Positions 30,747 through 39,051 of a stretch of 64,000 nt of DNA are shown here, piece after piece. The DNA comes from Elusimicrobiota bacterium (GTDB lineage: Bacteria > Elusimicrobiota > Elusimicrobia > UBA1565 > JACRDR01): NCBI GenBank assembly GCA_026388115.1, contig JAPLKK010000033.1, positions 2,470 to 66,469 on the forward strand, written 5' to 3'. The notes under the pieces are model-generated. The model did no database searches. It saw only the letters and a program-made list of their open reading frames with translations, and was not told the origin of the DNA. The translations under genes were made by a program, and so were the position numbers. Position 1 is the stretch's first letter. Every line of letters starts with the position of its first letter.

Positions 30747-31886
30747 TTGCGCAATCCGGACACGGAGTCGGTCCTCCTCGCCGACAGTTCGGCCGAAAAC
30801 CTGGCCTCCGCGAAATCGTGGCTGAAGACCGCCAAGGTGGAGACCGTCCGCGTCGACGCCGGCGACACCAAACGCATTGCCGAGCTGGCGCGCGGCAAAG
30901 ACGTGCTCATCAGCTGCGTCCCCTATTTCTTCAACCTCGAGCTGGCGAAAGCCGCGATCCACGCGAAGACGAATTTCATCGATCTCGGCGGCAATACGGA
31001 CATCGTCTTGAAGGAACTGGCGCTCACGAGCCAAGCCGAGAAGGCCGGCGTGACCCTGCTACCCGACGTGGGGCTCGGCCCGGGCATGCTCTCGACCATC
31101 GCGGCCCACGGCATCAGCCAGCTCGACAAGACCGACGAGGTGCATCTGCGCGACGGCGGCCTGCCGCAGAAACCGCGGCCGCCCATGAACTACCTGCTGA
31201 CCTTCTCGGAGCACGGGCTGATCAACGAGTACGTCGAGGACGCCTACGCCATCCGCGACTACAAGCGGGTCAAGGTGCCGGGCCTCTCCGAGGTCGAGGA
31301 GATCGACGTGCCGACTTTGGGCCGCTGCGAGGCGGCGCACGCCTCGGGCGGGCTCTCGACCTTGGCCCACACCTACGAGGGCAAGATCCGCACGATGGAC
31401 AACAAGCTCATCCGCTATCCGGGGCACATCGGCATCATCAACGCGATGAACGCGATGGGGTTCTTCGGCACCGAGAAGATCGCCTTGAGCGGCGGGAGCC
31501 TCAAGCCGCGCGATCTCAGCGCGAAGCTCTTCCGCCAGCACTTCGAGCGGCCCGCCGACAAGGACCTCGTCATCATCCACAGCACGGTCCGCGGCGTCAA
31601 GGACGGCCGGAAAGCCGAGGTCGTCTACGACATGCTCGACTACTACGACGACAAGAAGAAGATGACCGCCATGATGCGCACGACGGGATTCCCGGCCGCC
31701 ATCGTCGCCCAGATGCTGGCCTCCAAGGTCATCAACAAGCCCGGCGCCTTCCCGGTCGAGCTCGGCATCCCGCCGGAGCCGTTCTTCGCCGAGATGCACA
31801 AGCGCGGCTTCAACCTGTCCTGGAAGCTGAGCTTCCCCGAGGGCGCCGCCGCCAAGCCTCACCCGCACGCCAAGGCGGCGGCTTAA
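30747..31886 (+). CDS. Saccharopine dehydrogenase-family protein, 5'-truncated (NAD(P)-binding Gly-rich N-terminus absent)
   Basis: [14 protein letters not shown]...[47 protein letters not shown] and the rest match Sacchrp_dh. The first ~30 aa (GxGxxG Rossmann start) are missing. The ORF begins at TTG next to a repeat copy, and no upstream in-frame Rossmann segment exists. Confidence 0.6.
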   Translation: MRNPDTESVLLADSSAENLASAKSWLKTAKVETVRVDAGDTKRIAELARGKDVLISCVPYFFNLELAKAAIHAKTNFIDLGGNTDIVLKELALTSQAEKAGVTLLPDVGLGPGMLSTIAAHGISQLDKTDEVHLRDGGLPQKPRPPMNYLLTFSEHGLINEYVEDAYAIRDYKRVKVPGLSEVEEIDVPTLGRCEAAHASGGLSTLAHTYEGKIRTMDNKLIRYPGHIGIINAMNAMGFFGTEKIALSGGSLKPRDLSAKLFRQHFERPADKDLVIIHSTVRGVKDGRKAEVVYDMLDYYDDKKKMTAMMRTTGFPAAIVAQMLASKVINKPGAFPVELGIPPEPFFAEMHKRGFNLSWKLSFPEGAAAKPHPHAKAAA

Positions 31887-31894
31887 CGCGCGAC

Positions 31895-32797
31895 GTGGCG
31901 GCCCAGCGCGTCGTCTCCCTGATCGCGTCGAGCACCGAGATCGTCTACGCGCTGGGCTTGGGCGAGCGCCTGGTGGGACGCTCGCAGGAGTGCGACTTTC
32001 CGCCGCAAGCGGGGCAGCTGCCGGCGCTCACCGCTCCCAAGCTCAACGTCAACACGTCGAGCAAGGGCATCGACGATCAGGTCCGCAAGCTCGCCGCCTC
32101 CGGCGCTTCCGCCGACGCGTTGGACGTCGAGAAGCTCAAGGCGCTCGCTCCCGACGTCGTCATCGCGCCGGCCCGGGGCAGCCTGTTCTCGGTGAGCCTC
32201 AAAGACGTGGAGGCCGCGCTGGGCGGCCGGGCGGACGTGAAGATCGTCGCGCTCGAGCCGAACCGGCTCGAGGACGTCTTCAACGATATCCGCAAGATCG
32301 CCGACGCGCTGGAAGCGGCCTCGGCGGGCGAGGCCCTCGTCCATCGCCTGCGCTCGCGCATGCACGCGGTGGCGGAGAAGGCCGCCGAGCTGCCGCCGGT
32401 CCCGGTCGCCTGCCTCAGTTGGCTCGACCCGCTGATGCTCGCGGGCGGCTGGATACCGGAGCTGGTGGCGATGGCCGGAGGGCGCAGCGTGGAGGCCGAG
32501 CGAGGCGGCGAGTGGAACGCCCTCGCCGGCTCCGCGCCGGAGGCCATCGTCGCGATGCCCTGCGGCTTCAATCTGATGCGCACGCGCCTCGAGATGTCCG
32601 CGCTCGCCTCGAAGCCGGAATGGTGCCGCCTCAAGGCGGTCCAGTCCGGCCGCACCTGCGCCGCCGACGGCAACCAATTCTTCAACCGGCCCGGCCCGCG
32701 CTTGGCCGAGTCGCTCGAGATCCTGGCCGAGATCCTGCATCCGAAGGAGTTCGCCTTCGGCTACCAGGGGACGGGCTGGGAGCCTTATCGTCTTTAG
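31895..32797 (+). CDS. BtuF/FhuD-like periplasmic-binding-protein-fold protein (cobalamin/siderophore-binding type), no signal peptide detected
   Basis: GTG start. [27 protein letters not shown] is the typical class III SBP N-terminus. No signal peptide is encoded in frame upstream. Confidence 0.55.
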   Translation: MAAQRVVSLIASSTEIVYALGLGERLVGRSQECDFPPQAGQLPALTAPKLNVNTSSKGIDDQVRKLAASGASADALDVEKLKALAPDVVIAPARGSLFSVSLKDVEAALGGRADVKIVALEPNRLEDVFNDIRKIADALEAASAGEALVHRLRSRMHAVAEKAAELPPVPVACLSWLDPLMLAGGWIPELVAMAGGRSVEAERGGEWNALAGSAPEAIVAMPCGFNLMRTRLEMSALASKPEWCRLKAVQSGRTCAADGNQFFNRPGPRLAESLEILAEILHPKEFAFGYQGTGWEPYRL

Positions 32798-32818
32798 AAA
32801 ACGCGCAAGGAGAGACCA

Positions 32819-33267
<449 letters not shown>

Positions 33268-33340
33268 CGATCGGTCGCCGCGAGACGGCGCGCGCGAAGA
33301 CTGGCTGAGAAAGACGGGAGACGCTGACGCGGCTCGAGCG

Positions 33341-33823
33341 CTAGCGCGAGTCGAGCTGCACGTCGCGGTCGATGTCTTCGAGCAGGCGGCGGCGGTGCAG
33401 GCCTTCCGCCCCTTCCTTGATGATACCGAGCTCGAGGTCCATGCTCCGCCCGAGCCAGCGGCGCAAGATGGGGCGCAGGACCTTGAGGGCCAGAGGAAGG
33501 TGATAGCTCTCCAGGTGCATGACGCGCGTGCCGCCGGCGACTTTCGTCAGCTCGAAGCCGCCCAGCCCTTTGCGGAAGGGGCCCTTCAGCATCTCGCTCT
33601 GGTAGCCGCCGTCACCGGTGTACACCATCTTGAACGAGCCGCTCCATGGAAAGCCGAAGTAGCGGCCGGACACCTCGGCGAGCGCCGTTTCGCCGTCCGG
33701 ATAGGTGACCTTGCACTGGTCGACCTTCTGTTCGTAGTCGGCGAGACGGGTCGCGTCGCGTAGATACTCAGAGACGCGTTCCTTCGGGGCGCTGACGAGG
33801 ATGTGTCGGGTGACGGTCAACAT
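33341..33823 (-). CDS. SRPBCC-superfamily protein (polyketide cyclase/START-like)
   Basis: The 160-aa product has the SRPBCC pattern (…RHILVSAPKERV…YEQKV…). Confidence is moderate. Confidence 0.6.
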   Translation of the reverse strand: MLTVTRHILVSAPKERVSEYLRDATRLADYEQKVDQCKVTYPDGETALAEVSGRYFGFPWSGSFKMVYTGDGGYQSEMLKGPFRKGLGGFELTKVAGGTRVMHLESYHLPLALKVLRPILRRWLGRSMDLELGIIKEGAEGLHRRRLLEDIDRDVQLDSR

Positions 33824-33833
33824 GGCCTTAAAG

Positions 33834-33907
33834 TGGAGCGGGCGAAGGGAATCGAACCCTCGTCTCTACCTTGGCAAGGTAGCATTCTACCATTGAACCA
33901 CGCCCGC
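33834..33907 (-). tRNA. tRNA-Gly (anticodon GCC)
   Basis: The reverse complement GCGGGCGTGGTTCAATGGTAGAATGCTACCTTGCCAAGGTAGAGACGAGGGTTCGATTCCCTTCGCCCGCTCCA folds as a cloverleaf with anticodon loop TTGCCAA. Confidence 0.9.
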
Positions 33908-34105
33908 GTCGGATTCTGAACGCCGACACGCGATTATATCAAAAGTCCGAGCCGGACGTCGTCAATCGTGACGAAGGGTCCGGATCTTGGCGCGATCGGG
34001 AATCTGCACCCTAGGGTCTATTCCTTAATAGGCCTACTACCGCGCCTGCGAAACCCCAAAGGCTCAATCGGACCCTCCCCCGCCTATCCTAGAATTGCTG
34101 CCACT

Positions 34106-37100
34106 ATGGTTAAGAATCTCCGCCGGTCGCGCATCCTCCCCATCTTCCTGGCCGCCAGTCTTCTTTTGAGCGGGCCCGCCGGCACGGGTTGGGCGCAGAC
34201 CGTCGGCGCCGCGGCGCATGGCGCCGCCTCGGCCGTGGGCATCTCCGCGGCGGCCGGCGCCCAGGTGGTCGCGCTCCCGCAGGCGAGCGTCCTGCCGCTC
34301 GCGCCTGTCGCCTTGCCCGGCGCCTTGCCGCTCGCCAATCCGTTCCCGCTTTCGGCGCCGCAGACCGCGCCGGCCGCCTCGGCGCAAACGGCCGAAGCCC
34401 TCGCGACGGCCCTGCCTCAAGCCGCCGCTTTGGCGCCGGCGGTCGAACGGCATCCCGTCATCGACCTCATCAACCGCCTCCAGCAGGCGGGCGTCGCCCT
34501 TCCCGAGACGATCGACTCGCCCGCGGACGCGGCCAAGCTGCGCGCCGCGGCCGAGGCCCTGCCCGCCGGCGGCATGCGCGACACGCTCGTCCGACTGGCC
34601 GTGGCGGTGGAGACGCCTCAGGGCCCGGCGCGGCAGGTCGCGCTGGACAACATCTTCGAGAACGGCGTCCCTCCGGCCGCGGCCGCTCCGCAGGCGGTCA
34701 AGCCGGGGCTATGGGAGCGCCTCGCGCAGTCCAAGCTCGTCCCCGCCTCGCTCAAGCGCTACGCCGCGGCCCGCGCAGAAGAGCGGCGTCCCAAGGCGCA
34801 GCCCGTCCCGGCGGATGCTTATAAGGTAAAGACCGACCGCCTGCGCTGGACACCCGACGCGGCCATGCTCGACCAGGCCGCGGCGCTCCCCGCGCCTGCC
34901 AAGGAAGTCGTCGGCCAGGACTTGGCGCTCGAGGCGCTGGAGTTCGGCCTCAAGATGTCGGGCGACGGGCACAACGTCATCATCACCGGCCCGGACGGCT
35001 CCGGCCGCGAGACCGCGACGCGGCGCATGCTCGAGCGCATCGCGCCCTCCATGGACACGCCGCCGGACCTCGTGGCGGTCACGAATCTCAAGCAGAAGGA
35101 GCAGCCGCTGGTGCTCGAGCTGCCGGCCGGCACCGCCGCGTCCTTCAAGGCAGGGCTGAACGGCCTGCTCTCCGCGTTCAAGAAGGGGCTTCCCGCCCTG
35201 CTCGGCTCGGGAGAAGCCGCGGCGAAGAAACACGAGATCCGCGACGCGTTCCAGGAGGCCGCCGCCGGGGCCGAGGCGAAGTTCCAGGAGCAGGTGTCGC
35301 AGGTCAAATTGGCCAACGGCAAATTCGGCGTGATGGCCAAGCCGCAAGAGGACGGCGAGGGGCACGTGACCCTCGTCATCGCCCCGACCTTCAACGGCGA
35401 GCCCCTCGCCAAGGGGGATGAGAAGGCGAAGATCGAAGCCGGCGCCTTCACGGCCGCGGAGTGGGAGCAGGCGATGAAGGAGCTCCCCGGCGTCGCCCAG
35501 CAGGTCAGCCAGCAGTACATGCAGCTGGCGCGGATGATCGCCGCCGCCGGAGCGCAGGCGCAGGGCGCCATCGTCGCCATCGACGCCAAGACCGCGGCGG
35601 CGGCCGTGCATCAGCTCGGCGCTCCGCTCAAGGCGCTGGCCCGGCCGGAGGCCGCGCACGACGACGCGCGCCACGCCGAGCTGCAGAAGCGCGCCAAGCT
35701 TTTGATGCAGGAGTTCGAGAAGACGCACGGCTCCAAGCAGGTGGGGCCGTTCCTGGTCGTCATCCGCATGGCGCAGACCAAGGAAGGCACCCAGCCGGTG
35801 CCCTCGCTGTCCAAGGACGGAAAGCCGGTCGGCCGCGAGACGCTGATGGGCATGATCTTCTCCGGCGAGATGTCCGAGGCCGACTGGGAGAAGATCCAAT
35901 CCGAGATCGAGACCTTCGTCACCGAATATCGCGACGGGCTCAAGAAGCTGACGGAACAGCTCGAGAAGGAGCACGGGGCGCTCCACGCCGGCGACCCGCC
36001 GCCCACCGCGGCGCAGGCCAAGGCCTCGGCCTATGTGGATATGCTCCTCGCGGACATCGCCAAGAACTACCAGGCGTTCCTGCCGCAGCGCGAGGAGGGC
36101 GGCAATCCCCTTGCCGCGCTCATGGCCGCCAAGAAGGGCGACCCGGCCGAGGCGTACGTCGTGAGCGTCCTCGCCGCCAACCAGCCCGGCTCGGGCGCGC
36201 CCGTCATCTTCGAGCGCTCGCCCAGCTTCGAGAACCTGTTCGGCTCCGTCGAGGGCGACGGCCGCGTCCTGATGATGCCGGGCGCCGGCATGGTCAAGGC
36301 CGACGCCCCGGGCGGCCCGGAGCTCAAGAGCGGCTCGTACGTGAAGGCCAACGGCGGCTTCCTCGTGCTCAACCTCATGGACGTCCTGCGCGAGCAGGGA
36401 ACCTGGGCCGCCCTGATGCGCGCCGTTCGCGCCGGCCAGGCCGAGATCGCGGAAGGCGGGGCCATGGGAGCCCTTGTAGGCGCCAACGCCAAGCGCCACC
36501 CGGTCCAGGCCAAGGTCAAGGTCGTGCTCATCGGCTCGACCTCGTTGAAGATGCTCCTTGCGGAACACGACCCCGACTTCGCCCGCCACTTCAAGGCCGC
36601 CTCGCAGTTCGAATCGTCCATGAACATGGCGGTCGAGAACATCGCCGGCTACCTCCACTTCATGAGGTCGATGGCAGAGACGTCCACCGCGGGCGTCCTC
36701 TCCATGACGCGCGACGCCATGGTCGAGGTTCTCCAGTACGCCGCGAAGCTCGCGGGCTCCAACGAGAAGCTGACGGCGAGGTTCAGGCCGCTGCTCGACC
36801 TCATGACCGAGGCGACCTACTGGGCGCGCCAGGCCGGCCATAGCGAGGTCACGGGCTCCGACGTGGCCGCCGCGATCCAGAAGAAGCTGGACTTCGAGGG
36901 CAGCGCGCGCCGCCACATGCAGGAGATGTACTCGAAGGACATCTTCCATATCCAGACCGAGGGCACGGCCGTCGGACAGACGAACGCGCTCACGGTCTAC
37001 GGCGACTTCGGCTTGCCGACGCGCGCCACCGTGACCGTGAAGGCCGGCGGTTCGGGCGTGACCGCGCTCGACGACAAGGCGGGCCTCGCGGGGCCGTTCT

Positions 37101-37642
37101 ACAAGCAAGGCGTCGCGGTGCTCGAGAGTTTCCTCGACCACGTCTTCGCCAAGGAGCGCGGCCTGCCGTTCGAGGTCCGCGTGAAGAAGGAGCAGCTGTA
37201 CTCTCAGATCGACGGCGACTCCTCGACCTCGACGAACATCTACGCGACCCTGTCGGCGCTGTCCGGCGTGCCGATCAAGCAGTCGATCGCGATGACGGGC
37301 TCGGCCGACCAGTTCGGCAACGTCCAGCCGATCGGCGGCGTGAACTACAAGATCGAGGGCTTCTACGACATCATCACGGCGAAGCTGAAGGCGGCGGGCA
37401 AGTCGCTCGACGGGACGCAAGGCGTGATCATCCCGGCGACGAACGTGCCGGACCTCATGCTGCGCGCCGACATCGCCCAGGCCGTCAAGGACGGCAAGTT
37501 CCAGCTGTGGGCCGTCACGCACGTCAGCCAGGGCATCGAGATCCTGACGGGCGAGGCGTACTCCGAGATCGTGCGCAAGATCCAGCTCCGCGCGGACAAG
37601 GTCCGCGGCGGTGGAAAGTCCGGCGCGTCGAAGCCGGATTAA
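34106..37642 (+). CDS. LonC/LonB-like (COG1067 'lon_rel') protease with signal peptide, degenerate AAA+ Walker A and intact Ser-Lys catalytic dyad
   Basis: Start chosen at MVKNLRRSRILPIFLAASLLLSGPAGTGWAQT (signal peptide). An Ala/Pro-rich linker follows. The AAA-like module has VVGQDLALEALEFG...ITGPDGSGRET (34988-35014) with Arg in place of the Walker A Lys. The C-terminal S16 domain has QIDGDSSTS (catalytic Ser codon ~37220) ...AMTGSADQFGNVQPIGGVNYKIEGF (catalytic Lys). Confidence 0.8.
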   Translation: MVKNLRRSRILPIFLAASLLLSGPAGTGWAQTVGAAAHGAASAVGISAAAGAQVVALPQASVLPLAPVALPGALPLANPFPLSAPQTAPAASAQTAEALATALPQAAALAPAVERHPVIDLINRLQQAGVALPETIDSPADAAKLRAAAEALPAGGMRDTLVRLAVAVETPQGPARQVALDNIFENGVPPAAAAPQAVKPGLWERLAQSKLVPASLKRYAAARAEERRPKAQPVPADAYKVKTDRLRWTPDAAMLDQAAALPAPAKEVVGQDLALEALEFGLKMSGDGHNVIITGPDGSGRETATRRMLERIAPSMDTPPDLVAVTNLKQKEQPLVLELPAGTAASFKAGLNGLLSAFKKGLPALLGSGEAAAKKHEIRDAFQEAAAGAEAKFQEQVSQVKLANGKFGVMAKPQEDGEGHVTLVIAPTFNGEPLAKGDEKAKIEAGAFTAAEWEQAMKELPGVAQQVSQQYMQLARMIAAAGAQAQGAIVAIDAKTAAAAVHQLGAPLKALARPEAAHDDARHAELQKRAKLLMQEFEKTHGSKQVGPFLVVIRMAQTKEGTQPVPSLSKDGKPVGRETLMGMIFSGEMSEADWEKIQSEIETFVTEYRDGLKKLTEQLEKEHGALHAGDPPPTAAQAKASAYVDMLLADIAKNYQAFLPQREEGGNPLAALMAAKKGDPAEAYVVSVLAANQPGSGAPVIFERSPSFENLFGSVEGDGRVLMMPGAGMVKADAPGGPELKSGSYVKANGGFLVLNLMDVLREQGTWAALMRAVRAGQAEIAEGGAMGALVGANAKRHPVQAKVKVVLIGSTSLKMLLAEHDPDFARHFKAASQFESSMNMAVENIAGYLHFMRSMAETSTAGVLSMTRDAMVEVLQYAAKLAGSNEKLTARFRPLLDLMTEATYWARQAGHSEVTGSDVAAAIQKKLDFEGSARRHMQEMYSKDIFHIQTEGTAVGQTNALTVYGDFGLPTRATVTVKAGGSGVTALDDKAGLAGPFYKQGVAVLESFLDHVFAKERGLPFEVRVKKEQLYSQIDGDSSTSTNIYATLSALSGVPIKQSIAMTGSADQFGNVQPIGGVNYKIEGFYDIITAKLKAAGKSLDGTQGVIIPATNVPDLMLRADIAQAVKDGKFQLWAVTHVSQGIEILTGEAYSEIVRKIQLRADKVRGGGKSGASKPD

Positions 37643-39051
37643 TCGGCGCCGCCGAGCTTCCTCAGCTCTTTCTGCGCCGAGCGCGCGGTCTCGGGCGACG
37701 GGTTGCCCTCGAGCGCCCTGCGGAAGAACTTGACCGCATAGCCGGTATTCTTCTCCTCAAGGAGGCAGAATCCCATCCCCGCGTAGGCGTCGGCCACGTA
37801 ACGGTCGCGCAGGCCGCTCTTGATCGCCATGGTCAGCGAGTCCATGAACGCGACTCGGGCCGCGCTGAAATCCTTCTGCTGCAGGCGCAGCCCGCCGAGA
37901 AGGCTCAGGCGGCGGATCTCGCGCGGGTCCGTCGGCACCAGCAAGGCCGTGGCCTCGCCCAGTTCGTCTTGCGCCTGGGCAAACATACCCAGCCTCAAGA
38001 ACTCTTCGGCCGCGTTGAGATGCTTCTCGATGCGTTCGTCGACTGACAAGCCCGCGAGGTCCCGCTCCGGGACCCGCACCGGCACGGCAGGTGCCTTCGC
38101 GCCCCCCCAGCGGAAGGTTGCGCTCAATCGGTGCGCAGAGCCCAGGTCGCCCAGCGGTGTGAACGCGTAATCGAGCTGGAACCCGTCATGCCGCCAGCCG
38201 AAGCCGGCCGTGATGCCGATGCCGGCGTCGTTGCGGCCGTTGAATCCCACGCGCGCCGCGAAGGAAGGGGCGAGCCAGCTTTCCGCGCCGAAAGAGAATA
38301 AAGCATTGTCGGAGCGCTCCTTGATCAGGTCGAGCTCGAACGTCACGGGCAAGGCCAGGAGATTATCTACCCAGTCGAAGGAAGCTGGAGCCTCGGCGCC
38401 TGAGCGGACCTCATAAGCCGCGCCGAGCCGCAATTGGGCTGGCAGCTTCTCGTTGGCGCTCTGGAAGCGCACTGTGGAGCCCATATTTTGCAGGGCCGCC
38501 GCGAAGAGCCAGCGCCGCCTGCCCGGCGTCGCATAGAGGATGCCGCCGTCGGCCGCGTAGGCCGAGCCTGAAACATTGTCGATCGACTCGCGAATGAACT
38601 TCACCGCGCCACCGACACGCAGGCCTTCGGCCACCTCCCGGCCCAATCCAAGCCCCAGCGCCGTGTCCGTGATACCGAAAGACGCGCCCGTGCCGTCGGG
38701 GTTCGACACGGTCGTCCGGGGAACGTGTCCGTAGGTCAGGTAATTGAGCTGGAGGCCGAGGCCCTGGGGCGTGGCGAAGCCGACGTACTCCTGCGTGATC
38801 GGCGAGACATACTGATTGTGCATCAAGGTCGCCTCGTAGCGCCCGCCTCGCCCGAGCGCGGCGGGATTGTAGATGAGGGCCTCGGCGTCGGAGGCGAGCG
38901 CCGCCTGGGCCCCTCCCATGGCCACGGCGCGCGCCCCCGCGTCGAGCGAAAGGAAATCGAAGGGCTCGGCCCCCGGGCTCGCAGCCAGCGCCCGGCCGCC
39001 CGCGGCGAACGCGGCCAGAGCCACCCCGATCGCTGCCGCAGTCCTCTTCAT
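37639..39051 (-). CDS. PorV/PorQ-like (UPF0164-type) outer-membrane beta-barrel protein with C-terminal TPR-like extension
   Basis: Signal peptide, then the family-defining LDAGARAVAMGGAQAALASDAEALIYNPAAL motif and an alternating beta-barrel pattern. The last ~130 aa form TPR-like helices. The ATG overlaps the stop of the upstream giant gene (ATGA). Confidence 0.6.
   Translation of the reverse strand: MKRTAAAIGVALAAFAAGGRALAASPGAEPFDFLSLDAGARAVAMGGAQAALASDAEALIYNPAALGRGGRYEATLMHNQYVSPITQEYVGFATPQGLGLQLNYLTYGHVPRTTVSNPDGTGASFGITDTALGLGLGREVAEGLRVGGAVKFIRESIDNVSGSAYAADGGILYATPGRRRWLFAAALQNMGSTVRFQSANEKLPAQLRLGAAYEVRSGAEAPASFDWVDNLLALPVTFELDLIKERSDNALFSFGAESWLAPSFAARVGFNGRNDAGIGITAGFGWRHDGFQLDYAFTPLGDLGSAHRLSATFRWGGAKAPAVPVRVPERDLAGLSVDERIEKHLNAAEEFLRLGMFAQAQDELGEATALLVPTDPREIRRLSLLGGLRLQQKDFSAARVAFMDSLTMAIKSGLRDRYVADAYAGMGFCLLEEKNTGYAVKFFRRALEGNPSPETARSAQKELRKLGGAD

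Noticed and set aside
34709-37522. 937-aa minus-strand ORF
   Set aside because: Antisense to the LonC-like gene, which has clear domain homology. Arg-rich artefact.
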